Below are positions 36,541 through 48,088 of a stretch of DNA of 64,000 nucleotides, in pieces. This stretch comes from Rhizodiscina lignyota (Eukaryota), in NCBI GenBank assembly GCA_010015805.1, contig ML978125.1, positions 2,170,001 to 2,234,000 of the forward strand, in the 5' to 3' direction. Within the stretch, counting starts at the first letter, position 1; each line of letters opens with the position of its first letter. Made by a program: the position numbers and the translations under genes. The notes under the pieces are model-generated. The model did not search any database. It had not been told where the DNA came from and saw nothing but the letters and a program-made list of their open reading frames with translations.

Positions 36541-37978
36541 ATGGTAAAGAGACCCCGACTAGAGGAATCTTCATTCTCCTTCCGCTCCGAGAAGGAGTTG
36601 ACATCCGCCCACTCAATTGAGGAGCAATGGCGGCCGCAGAAAAGGGACTTCAGCAAGGCCCTTGATTTCTTCCAGCTGTCATGTGCAACAATTTTTGTAA
36701 CTCTCGGTGTTCTGGTCTTTGTCGGAAGCATCTTGGGCACCTTCTTCTATTCGCGTGAAGTTGAGCCCAGCAATGGACCATACAATCTGGATCCGGAAGT
36801 CGAGTAAGGGCTACGCTGTCTGTCCTTGTAATTTACTGATTGATACAGTTATTTGTCGCACTTCGAAGGTCACCAAGACTGCGGAATCCATTCAACCGAG
36901 CTCTACACTCCTCCCGCACCAAGCCTCAGGAACAAACGGAAAAGCCTCTTCTGTGAATCCCGGGGTCGACTCCTCGACGCTCTCAGTGGAGGTGGGAGAC
37001 ATGGCTTTGATGCACCCTTCACGTCCAAAGGCAAGAACTCGTCGCATTCACTGTTGCCATTAGAATACTGACAAAATTGTGCCAGGCTGCCACTATCGCT
37101 GGTATTCGGCCGAAGAGATCTGCATGATCCTGGAACGATTCGACGGTGTCTTTTTCGTCGGTGATGATATGATGAAGCACATCTACGCCGCATTCAACAT
37201 CCTCCTGCGCGAAAACGTTGCCCTTGGCGGATTAGAACAATGGAGGATGGACGACAAACAGCGAGACGTGTGTCGGTGTAACTCGCAGTTTACGCACACA
37301 GATTGCTGGCAGTTTATGGTCTCAAGTAGTAGCACGGTCGAACAGCACGACCGGGAAGGCAGTCACAGTAGTCCATACCACTGCCAGAGTACGTTGCATT
37401 TCTCTAAGCCCAACTCCCGAGCCCAATTGAACGCCCTTGACGCCACTTTCTAACGAAGTTAGGGATCCCGCACTTCTTTCTCCCCATTTCCGGGTCGCCC
37501 GCGACAGAAGCGCATCGCCAGATGCTAACAGATCTCCTGAACAAGCACCACGACCACTACAACGCTGTTCCGATCATTCACAGCCTTAGCCTCAGCACTT
37601 CGCTCTCCTGGCCGACTGCGACTGCTTCCATGGACGAATGGCTTGCCGTGGCCGATGCATCAGGTCGTAATACGCCTTTTCTATGGATCGGCCCGACGGC
37701 GGCAGGCCACCTAAAACCTCCAGGGCAGATAATGAAAGAGGGTAACAATGCGCTGTGGCACTACACTTTGGAGATGTCTAGAGAAGCAAAGCAAAGGGGC
37801 ATGGACTTTCTCGGGCTGTACAATCTGACCATCCAGGCTGACAGCTGGGATGGAAGCCATTATGGAGCGAGAGTCTCCTTGGTGCAAGCTATGATGGTAA
37901 GCCCCCTAAAGCGTATGTAATGGGTAACTGATTTCTGTACAGGTCATCAATTGGCTTGCAAGAGTAGAGTCGACATGA
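36541..37978 (+). CDS. Type II membrane protein with SGNH/PC-esterase-like lumenal domain
   Basis: N-terminal TM segment (IFVTLGVLVFVGSILGTFF), several Cys, FFVGDD block-I-like motif and DGSHY block-V-like motif. Introns 36804..36848, 37031..37085 (GC-AG), 37389..37462 and 37897..37942. The fold call is inference. Confidence 0.75.
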
Positions 37979-38087
37979 TAAATGGTTGGGTTTGGAATGA
38001 CATGAACAGCAATGGCAAAATATATATGGGGATCAAATCATGTATCATCAGATGGCTAGCTAGACGTCCAGAAACAGATCTCTATAC

Positions 38088-38463
38088 CACGGAACCACCA
38101 GTTTCCAGGTAGTGAACGAGACCTGTAACGACCTCTCTCTTCCGTGACAACGAGAATCAAATCTTCTCAGCCAGGCTGGACAAGCCACTCCCTGACAACC
38201 TCGAATGCAAATTTCACCGATGCGAGGCCTCTTAGAGGTGCGTGTCCAACTTGAATACAGTATCGCGGGGATTCATATGCTCGTTAGCTAATGCAGATTA
38301 TACACATTGAAGCTGCGTTGTAGATAAATGGTTTCTGGTATATATTTGATTGAACTTTCAGAGATGCTCTCGCTAGTGCTGAAGAACAAAATATGCTCTT
38401 ACTGCAGCCGTTAAGGTAATCGGACTCAACCTGTGGAACTATTTCGTCACCCGCATGCTCCGC
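38088..38463 (+). repeat. Dispersed repeat family, copy C (longest; contains both 5' and 3' segments)
   Basis: The first half matches copies A/B/D/E (ccactccctgacaacctcgaatgcaaatttcacc). The second half matches F/G (agagatgctctcgctagtgctgaagaacaa...cggactcaac). Confidence 0.88.
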
Positions 38464-38689
38464 AGACTATTCGCTCGCTGAAAACTGGCTCCTTCGGAGA
38501 GATAATTACTGACTATTAAGATAATGTGTCAGGCCATCATGAATAGCCGTTGACAAGTACAAAAGGGTCTACCGCGCGAGAACCCACCCCATTGTAATTG
38601 CCCAATGGAACAAGGCCACAATCCCAATATTTTAATAAGAAAGCCCGACGCCACGCAATGCCAAACAAATTATTTCATTATCCAACTCG

Positions 38690-39534
38690 TCATCTGTCCA
38701 TAAGCTCAACAGGTGGTCTTGCCGTATGCAGAAATGGCTTCTTGTCCACCTCCATAGGTGTCAAATCTCCCGGACTGATCGTCGTATCCTCCACCGAGAT
38801 TGCTGGCAGATCGGGGCTGTGCCCATGATGCTGCGGATGATATACGATCGTCGTGCTTCCGCTCCGTTGCCGTGGAGGGCTTGACGTCCTCTCATCAGCC
38901 GGAGAATCCGCCATTTCGCTATCTTCGTCCGGCGCCCTCCGTGCCGTCAACCTCGACAGCGCATGCGACAAGTCTTCTGCATGCACGTCCTTGTTCGGCG
39001 GGCCCTCGTTGCGCATCTCCCATCCTGCGGGCGGGCTCGGTGGCGGACTGATGAAGAACAGTTTGTCTGATTTCGGAGCTTGCAGATGCTGGTCAGTGGG
39101 CTCTAGTGGTGTCGGTACGCCGAAGTACACGCGGATCCGGCAGCCCATGAGCGTCTCGCCATCGAGCTTCTGCCGTATGGCAATGGCGGACTCGATAGAG
39201 GGAAATGCGACGATGATGCGGCGGAAGGACTTGAGAGGTACAAAGTGAAGAATTGGTTCGGGACAGTGGGTGGCGAGAAGGTCCCGGATCGTCTGGAGGG
39301 AGGTTGGGTGGAAGATTGAAGGTTCTTGGAGATTCTGTGGCGATGTTAGTTTTCGGTCGAAAATGGCACACTTTTGAATGTACTCACGGTTATGAGGAGA
39401 GTATTTGACGGCGGAGCAGGTTGGATTAAGCCCGGGAGGTCGGAGAGGTCGAGTGAACCGGGTGGTGATTGTCTCGTTGAGGGTCTCGCGTCCGACATCT
39501 TGAGAGCCTTTGGTCTTAGCGCAACTGTTGCCAT
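38690..39534 (-). CDS. RCN1: Calcipressin / regulator of calcineurin (RCAN, Rcn1/CbpA family)
   Basis: Motifs SNTLLIT, PLKSFRRIIV, FFISPPPSPP, PxIxIT-like PAISVE and C-terminal TARPP. Intron 39335..39387. The start may instead be 39498. Confidence 0.92.
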
Positions 39535-39657
39535 TGTTTCCGGATTAGCAGGACGTTTGGATTAGAGATTTGGAGGAAGAGATGATGTACCAGAAGATCA
39601 GAGGCAACTGCTCGGAATTTATGTATGTTGTTTGCAGAGTTTCTCTCCGTGACGTTT

Positions 39658-40069
39658 GCGGCGCATACGGCCTGGGTACGCGTGCCTCGCGTCCAATGAG
39701 ATGGAGAGGGGCGCAGTCGACGCTTAGTAGGTGGTGGACGACCGAACCTTCTCGCTCCTGGCCGAGACTCAACACAGCCTTCCAACCCCTTCCCAAATTT
39801 CAACTCTCTCACGTCGCATTGGCAGCAGTGTTGCGATTTGGCACGAGCTTATGGATACAGCAGTCAGTCCGGCGGCTCCGGCCCGGACCATTTTTCCCTA
39901 TTTCGCAAAGTGTACGGACCGCTCGTTTCGGCGCCATGCGAATGGAGTGCTTTCAACGTATTGCCCCTACGGAGGCGCAGTGTCTTCAGCCATCGTAACG
40001 CGCAAACATTGCAATTGTTTTGATATCTACTTGGCGCGGAAACGCGATGCGAAACACTTTTTCAGCCAC
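39658..40069. promoter_or_regulatory. Cluster of Crz1 (CDRE)-like sites upstream of calcipressin
   Basis: GNGGCKCA matches at 39658-39665, 39708-39715 and 39972-39979; CACAGCC at 39773-39779; CAGCCAC at 40063-40069. Confidence 0.6.
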
Positions 40070-40280
40070 GGATGGACTGGTGCGAAGAGTCTATGAACTG
40101 CCGTCACGCCGTGAACTGCGTCTCGTGGCGCTGTCTTGGTCGTGTACGAAGTCCACCTCCCTGGGCGATCCGTAAATGAGCCTGAAGGCTGACTTTGGAC
40201 AATGGCATGTCTTCGTATCTCCGCATTCGCTAATTCTACGACTCCTTTGGTTTCCTTCAAAGCAAAGGAAGGACGATCTG

Positions 40281-40835
40281 TCAGCAGCGTTCCCTATTCC
40301 GCAACAAATCTTGAAGGACCAACCTGTTGGACGCCGCCCACTGGTCAAGATTGCAGCTAAGGAATCTTGTCCCTTCGAGCGGCGTATCATAATACGGCTC
40401 GGTATCCACAAAGCCAAACTGCTTGTACAGACTAACCGCAGCACTCATACGTGGCAGAGTGTCTAGCTTCATTTCTCGATATCCTAATTGCCTGGCGGCA
40501 TCAAAAGCCGCTGCAATTAGGGCTCTACCGATGCCTAATCCTCGACCGCTCGGGGTAGTGTATAGCCTCTTTGCTTCGCAGCACTCATCTGAGCCCAGCC
40601 ACCGGACCGCCATACACCCCACAGCTTCTCCACCAGTCCTTCGCGCGATCAAAAGCTCTCCTCCCCGTGCCGGAGAATATTTGCCTGGCAGACTTGCTAG
40701 CTCCGTTGCGAAATCCTGAAAGCCAAGGTCCAGTGCAATCCATTCTGCATAAGCTGTGAAGAGCTGTGCCACGTCTTCGATGTCTTTAGCGGATCGAGCA
40801 GGCGAAATCATAAAAGAGGCGTCGCCCATGTTCAT
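40281..40835 (-). CDS. GNAT-family N-acetyltransferase
   Basis: Motifs FQDFATELASLPGKY, EAKRLY, acetyl-CoA-binding GRGLGIG and LDTLPRMSAAVSLYKQFGF. Intronless. Confidence 0.92.
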   Translation of the reverse strand: MNMGDASFMISPARSAKDIEDVAQLFTAYAEWIALDLGFQDFATELASLPGKYSPARGGELLIARRTGGEAVGCMAVRWLGSDECCEAKRLYTTPSGRGLGIGRALIAAAFDAARQLGYREMKLDTLPRMSAAVSLYKQFGFVDTEPYYDTPLEGTRFLSCNLDQWAASNRLVLQDLLRNRERC

Positions 40836-42365
40836 CTGCACAAGGTTATGGCTTGAACCTCAGTCTTCCTTTCCAAGGGGGGTCATTGTACCAACTTTCA
40901 AATCCCGCTCTCAAACTGGTCCCCTTTTCTCCAGCCTTTAAGATCTCTCTTGAACTGACTTCCAACCTTCGTCAACCAAATTAATTAAATTTTTTTAATT
41001 CACTGGCAATAACTCATGTAACGTTGAATTGGTCTTCAAGTTAGTCATAGTTCGGGGTGACTCGGTAGCGGCACGTGACCTATTCTCCCCTGACTCAAAT
41101 CTGGGCTAATGAGGAGGCGATCCCGTCCACAGACGGGTAGTAGCATATGTCTTCTTTTGCGTATTTATCTTGCAGACATGACTTTGTTCAGCTAACAAGC
41201 TTCAGTATCTACAATTCAGGTGCATTGTCGCTGCATCCATCTCCACTTCTTGACTATCTCGAGCGTGACGCGTTAAAACTCTGAGATCTGTTCTATGTCC
41301 TCCGCAGCTTCGCTCGCGGTGCTTTGTCGTTGTTGCTCGAGAACGATGCGTTAACCTCGGGCGTGGTCTGTTGCATGTCCTCCGCAACTTCATCCATACT
41401 GCCCGATAGAGCGAACTTACTTGGTAGTCTTGGGGGGACGTCGAGCAAGGTCGCAAGGTGTCGTAGGGTGTTGATATTGAAACAAAAGGAAGAAATGATC
41501 TGCGGATAGAGATCGAAAGCGATGTCGTTCGTTGGGACTCGCGGAGCGTCAAGTGAGGAGGGCACGCTAGGTAGCGACACTGGAAGGGACGAACTTCTTC
41601 TCACCCTCACCTCATGGGCTTTAATCACACCTGCAACAAGCAACTCTTTCATGGGAACATGAACCTTAATGTTACATGAAGGCTGAAGTCATCAAATGGA
41701 AGTGAGGCGTTGAAGTCCTCGATACCTTCGAATGATCCCAAAAACTGTAAACATATAAACGGAGCTCTATCCTGGAACGAGAGCGTCTGGCCGTATCGTA
41801 TTTCTAATGATGGAAGAATAGTGACGTTATAAGCGACATGCATTTCGCAAAGTCGTACAGCCTACTGAAAGGGACTCCGTGCTGCATCGAACAGATCCTT
41901 CCAGCTCAGGCCGCCTTTCGTTTCATCACCGCAAAGAAGTAAAGGGATTAGGCTCATATTTATGCATGGCCATATTCCAGCACAATTTAAATATTGGCAA
42001 TCAATAGAAATTTGTGTAATTATCGATTTGAGGAAGCTGTGGAAAATGCTGGCTGAGTTCAGGGGTACACATGTGAAATGCGCTATGATTGATTAGGGCT
42101 AGCCTCCTTTCCGCATATCTCTTGGCGGTCATCCTGCGGGATGTTGGTGGAATGGCTTCATCTGCCTAATTCCACTCAGCGCAGATGAAGCGGAAGTCAT
42201 TGAAAATCCATCAGATTTCGCCGAGGAAATGCGAGCCTTTCTTTTGGCATGACTTCGTCTCTTTCCCTTTGCTTTGAAGCAGCCATTCCAGCATGCTGCC
42301 TAGAATAGGGAACAACTTCCGGTGACCTTTTCCAATCCTTGAAGACGGTGCTCGGACTGGACACA

Positions 42366-45300
42366 ATGGATCTTTCCACACCTTCTCCGTGTCTTTCCAC
42401 TTCTGAGAGCATAGGCGTTTCTTTCTCACAAAATGGGGATGATGATCTGACGCCTGCCTCAACTCCAACGGGAATATTCCTGAACGACAACAAGATTAGC
42501 CCTATTGGAACCGAGCCTGCTCTTCCAAGCTCTTGGGATATCGACGATCTCATAGCATTGGGTTGTCTGGTCGTGGATCTGAAGCCTGTTGGTCTTCCTA
42601 CTCCAAGGTCACCTTCCGAGGCTAGACCGATCCCGCTTCAGGCTCTTTCTGGTTTCGAAATCCATCCTCAGGTATTGGCGAACCTTACAATTTTGATCAA
42701 TGCAAATTGGATTTTTGTATACTCCAAGATTATTCCGGATCCAGAGAAAGCTATTCTGTATGTTTATATGCTTCCGCAAGATGTCGGCCGAACTCGTGTG
42801 GAGCGCTCGACCAAGATGCGACAGAATCAAGTTGCGCTGGAACAGCTTCTTGTACACATTGACGTCTCTCCTGAGGCCTGGAATGGCTCCTACGAAAAGT
42901 CTAAACAACAAGTTTTTGACACTAACGCAACGCCGGAAGAGGCATCCTTGTTCTACATTTACAACACCCTACCGTCGCCATCGCCGTCGCCATCAAAAGT
43001 TGCTGATCGATATACCCGAGCTGCCATTCAGGGCTTACTTGAAAACAATGAAGTTTTCAAAGGTCTGAAGACAATGCTTTATCCATACCAAGGTCGATCG
43101 GCAGCTCTAATGCTACAACGAGAAACTGCACCAGAGCTTACGCTGGATCCTCGCCTGGAGCTTCGAGAGTCACCGACCGGACAGATGTTCTACTATGGGC
43201 CTCGCCATGCGACGTTCTTGAAACATCCTCGCATGTACGATTCTGTCAGGGGTGGCATCCTGTCCGAGACTATGGGCCTAGGGTAGGTCAAGAGAGTTTT
43301 CCTCTTGTTGGATATCCACTAATTTTTATCTAGCAAGACTATCATATGCCTAGCAGTTATAGTAGCTACGAAGGGTCATTTGCCAAAGACTCCACCGCAA
43401 TATCTGGACCGAACAAAGGAACGGCCTCGCGTGGGAAGTCTAATGCAGATGGCTATTGCTACTGCCAATAGGCACTCCCTACCAGCCCGGACATACTTTG
43501 AACGAGTACGCGACGAGACTGGTGAAGATTACGCAACATGCATTGATGCAATCTCCGCAACCCCCCAACAATATTCTATACGAGTTGTTCCTGCACGATG
43601 GAATCGAAAGACTAGCATGCCGGAACCGAAGATTGTGACGCTATGTAGTGGTACGATTGTCGTCGTACCTCGCAATCTTGTTCACCAATGGGAGCTGGAA
43701 ATCAGAAAGCATGTTGTAGGCGGTCCTTCCGGGCTCCATGTTCTTGTCATGAATGATCCTGCTCAACGCTTACCTGCCGCGTCTGAATTGCTCAAATATG
43801 ACGTCGTTCTTTTCAGCAAGCAGTGCTTTGAGAAGGAGATCCACGATGGCACGGATAAGCTTGGCCGGCGGACTGCCTCAGGCGCAGCATTGACATGCCG
43901 CTGCCCCTATATCGGTGCATCAAGGATACGTGATTGCACCTGCCTTCGCGAGGATAATATTTATTCTTCACCGCTGAAGGAGCTGCATTGGCTAAGGATC
44001 ATCATTGACGAAGGTCACACGTTTTCGTCGCGGACTTCGAATGCTGTTCGAGTGGCCAACCAGCTCGTGCGAGCCGAGCGGAGATGGATCGTTAGCGGAA
44101 CTCCTGCACGTAATCGGTTGTTCGGCGTGGAAGTAGACGTTGGTTCGGAGACCTCCAGCAAAGACTTGACTGCGCCTATCTTGGAAGCTGCTTCGCCGTC
44201 GGGTATCGAATTGGATGAAGCTGTTTTCGCGCCACATGCGATTCCCGCTGATGAAGATGACAGCCGATTAGTCAGAGAGATTGCACTTCATAAGAGGAAG
44301 CGCTATAATAAGGAGGAGGAAATGAAAGGCCCTGCCGAAAGCATCGGGCAGCTTGCAAGTGGTTTTCTGAAGGTCCGACCATGGGCTGCTTCTGAATTCG
44401 ACAGCGAGAAGGCGGATTGGGATGAGCATGTATTCCGGCACGATCGCTTCCACGCTAAGACCTACAGTGCTTTCTCTACCTCTTTGCGACGCACGTTGGA
44501 ATCTCTAGTCGTAAAGACACGGCCAGAGGATGTCGAGAGAGATATTGTACTGCCGCCCCTCCACCACCGTGTCGTGTATCTGGAGCCGTCATTCTACGAT
44601 AAGCTGACTGTGAACCTGTTCCACTTGTTCTTCACCTCAAACGCTATTCTATGCGAACGTACTGATGAGGATTATCTCTTCCATCAGAAGAATCGTAAGC
44701 ATCGAAATACCCTCATCGCCAACTTGAGGCACAGCAATTTCTTCTGGACCGGGTTTGAGGAAGATCATGTCAAAGGGGCCATCAAAGCTGGTGAAGAGTA
44801 TCTGAAGAAAGAAAATACGAACTGTTCGTTGGAGGACCGACAGCTCCTGCAACGGTGCTTGGATTTCGCACAATTCGTTGACAAGTGCAACGGGTGGAAA
44901 GCATTGAGCAAGTCTCATGAGCTTGGCCTCTTTGTTGACGATTGGCCTGATAAGTCTAGCCAGGCATGGTCATTACCTGGCTCAGACTACCCAGCCATGA
45001 TTGGAGTGACGCAATTGCTGCGAGCTCAGTCTCGTGTAAACTCTCAGGTTCTCGAGGAAGATCCTTTTGAGGGCTTGGAAGCTCTTGGCGTCGCTGCAAC
45101 GATGCAGGCACTTGTGACGGAAGATGAAGCTGTCAAAGGAAAGAAGAAACAACAGACAGATGAGCCGACACTGAAGAAAGGCATACCGACTTCAAGTCTC
45201 CTTTTCGAGACCAGTAGTGCGAAACGTCACCACCAAGGCTCACCTACGAAAGCAAATCCAAACAAAAGGAAGAGGTCATCCGAGACTTCCGAAAATACAC

Positions 45301-46232
45301 AGGCGAATCAAACTCCGGTCATAGCGACTCCGAAACCCCAGCGAAAACGTAAGTTGTCAGGAGCGGATCGACTTTCGATTCCAGTGGATTCACCCATAAG
45401 AAAGGCTTCGCTCATTGGGACAACCTCTTCAAAGCTTAGCTACCTGCTTGAGCAGATTCTGAAATACCACCATAACGAGAAAATCCTTATTTTCTACGAT
45501 TGGGACAACACCGCATACTACGTCGCACAGTGTCTAGAGCTTCTACACATTACACATCTTATCTACGCCAAATCACTCCCTAGCGAGCGTCGTTCCCGTT
45601 ATATCGTTGCTTTCGACGAGAATCCGCGGATCCGGGTGCTCCTCATGGACGTACGCTGCGGCGCGGAGGGGCTTAATGTCAACAAAGCATCTCGCGTCTT
45701 CTTCATTAATCCCTGCTGTCGACCAAATATCGAAGCTCAAGCCATCAAGCGTTCACACCGAATCGGTCAAACGAAGCCCGTCCATGTCGAGACACTGATC
45801 TTGAAAGGCACAGTGGAAGAAGCAATGTTCAAACGTGCTAAAGCCATGACTGAAACCGAACATCGGAATGCTACGGAACTGCAGGATGATACGAAGATTG
45901 CGAGTATTCTCCAGAACTCGCAAAGTCTACCAGTCGGCGTGGAGGATCTTCATCGCGAAAGGAAGATGGCTGCTCTTGGCCTTCCGCAGCAGATATTTGG
46001 CCGAGAGGGACGAGGGAATAATAAGATTAAAGGCATCGACGTCGAACCTGCAGGCAAGGATGGAGATGACCGCCCAAAGAAGAAGCGAAAGACGAAGAAA
46101 GCGACAGACGAGCATGAGATAGTGGCCCCAAGCACACCGGTCGGGAAGTTTGTTGGTGTATTTCTGCCGACGTCAGTGGCTGAGCCAGCACTACCACAAC
46201 CAGCCAGACCTAGCATATTTGGTGGTGGATAA
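42366..46232 (+). CDS. SNF2-family DNA-dependent ATPase (Rad5/Rad16-like group)
   Basis: Motifs LYPYQ, GGILSETMGLG|KT (Walker A split by intron 43283..43333), VVPRNLVHQW, WLRIIIDEGH, RWIVSGTP, GAEGLNV and QAIKRSHRIGQ. Start uncertain. Confidence 0.9.
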
Positions 46233-46664
46233 AGAGGCAGATGCTACATGTTGCATGTTGCATGGCAGGCTTAACATGAACTGTGATTATAGAATACTGT
46301 ATTCAAAGAATAAGAGATACCCCTGGATTGAGACGATTAAAATGAACAGTCGTTGGAATGCCGAAGATAATGCTGGTCTCTAAAAATGCGCAGAGTCTTC
46401 TCCAGTGTCCAGAGTGTCTGGAGAATGGTTAGAAAGGCTCGCATGTGATTGGTTGTGCTGTTTCTCGATCGGGACTGAAGTTCTCCGCAAAATACTTGCT
46501 CCGTTCCGGCACGCGCTCTGAACCCTAGCTACAAAGCTTCAACTTCCATCTTTTCCTCAACCTTCTCAGCTTCATAACTCTCAATTCGCGCGTGAATCTA
46601 CCTCCGCTCAAACACACCGAAAGCTCAACACATCTCGTACCGCAAAATCGCCAATACCGCCATC

Positions 46665-47214
46665 ATGAAGCTCGTTAGGTAAGCATTTCCCCTTGCATGC
46701 GCCTCAAGAGAAACGCTAAGCTCGTCTTCGCTCTCAAGGCCTCCGTCGCGCGACAATTTGCTGACGGCGCATTGTTTTTATGTAGGTTCTTGATGAAGTG
46801 TGCGCATGAGACAGTGTCGATCGAGTTGAAGAATGGTGAGAGACATCCGTCCTATTCTCTGCTGAAGGACAAATACATCTAACCTATATCTAAACACTAG
46901 GCTCCGTCGTCCACGGCACCATCGTCTCCGTCACTCCGCAAATGAACACGATCCTGCAGAAGGTTAAGGTGACATACAAGGCTGGCAAAACCAGTCAGAT
47001 GGATACCCTCAGCATTCGTGGCAGCCAGATCCGATACATCGTCCTGCCGGAGAACATGCAGCTCGACTCGCTTCTGATCGATGACGCGCCGAAGCCGAAG
47101 AACAAGGCGAGGAAGGAGGTTGCTGATCGTGGTGGACGCGGCGGTCGTGGTCGTGGTGGTCCTCGCGGTGGTGGTGGTAGAGGCCGGGGCAGAGGCAGAG
47201 GTCGTGGTTTCTAG
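46665..47214 (+). CDS. SMD1: Small nuclear ribonucleoprotein Sm D1
   Basis: MKLVR|FLMKCAHETVSIELKN|GSVVHGTI...LSIRGSQIRYIVLP followed by an RG-repeat tail. Introns 46679..46785 and 46836..46900. Confidence 0.95.
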
Positions 47215-47442
47215 GGCCGACACATGGAAAGGCGTACTGGTCCTCCGTGGCCAATTAACAAATTTCTCATTTGGGGGTGTTGTCGGAGCATCACGTTAAT
47301 GGTGCATAAGTATGAATGATACCAAGGCTAAACAATGAACTAAATTTACTTCTGTCCTTATATCGCCGTGTGGAGAGGTGTCCCCACTGTCGCTTTGGCA
47401 ACACATTCAACCCTATTTACGACCCGGAAGAGCTTCGCATCC

Positions 47443-47578
47443 TACGAAGGAGCTAGTTTCTCGTGAGCATATGAGATCTAGCAACGGGGTCTCCCTCTGT
47501 GACTATGAGAAGCAAATCTAAGCCAAAATTAGTAAGCTACTTCCTTACAGCCTCGAGTGTAAACTCACTAACATGTGA
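47443..47578 (+). repeat. Dispersed repeat family, copy D (5' segment)
   Basis: tacgaaggagctagtttctcgtgagcatatgagatctagcaac...agtaagctacttccttacagcctcgagtgtaaactcactaa matches copies A/B/C/E. Confidence 0.85.
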
Positions 47579-48088
47579 GACAGGCTGTTCAATGGATCAT
47601 GAATGCTTTGCCCAGTAGGGGTGGAGAGGATGATCAAAGGGAGCAGATGGATATTAATAATAACTAGATATTGGAAGGGACATCTCAGGAGAATTTGACT
47701 TTGCAGTCGCGACTATGTAGAATATGAGCATGAACGGAGGCGGGCACGATAGAGTTTGTTATTACAGCACATCAGGCTTCGAAACAATGCACCTTTCCTT
47801 TACCACAACTCGGTGTATCCCTAGTGTCAGCAAATTCAGGCTCGTGGAGCAATTGTTGAGCTATACTGTCGGAATTCAAATACGCAAAGCAACGGCTTAT
47901 CCATACCGAGGAGTTACTACATCTCCGCAAACTCCGACACTGTTGTGTAACAAGTTCCAAAGCTGTCCAAGCTTACAGCAGACAAGGTCCTCACACTTAG
48001 CCAAGTTAGAAGCTCAAGCTGACAGAATGGCAGACAGCATTCTAAACATTTGGCATCGACAGAGGCGCTTGCTCGGCTCAGCACAAGC

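Noticed and set aside
26258..40835. Possible secondary-metabolite cluster (MDR reductase, SDR, GNAT, MFS transporter)
   Set aside because: There is no PKS, NRPS or terpene backbone gene. The MFS is the housekeeping PHO84, and the genes are interspersed with unrelated ones.
41202..41958. Chain of short minus-strand ORFs (MSLIPLLLCG..., 41649..41843, 41293..41652)
   Set aside because: I could not find phase-consistent splice sites joining them, and no family is recognisable. It may be a degenerate orphan gene but is not supportable here.
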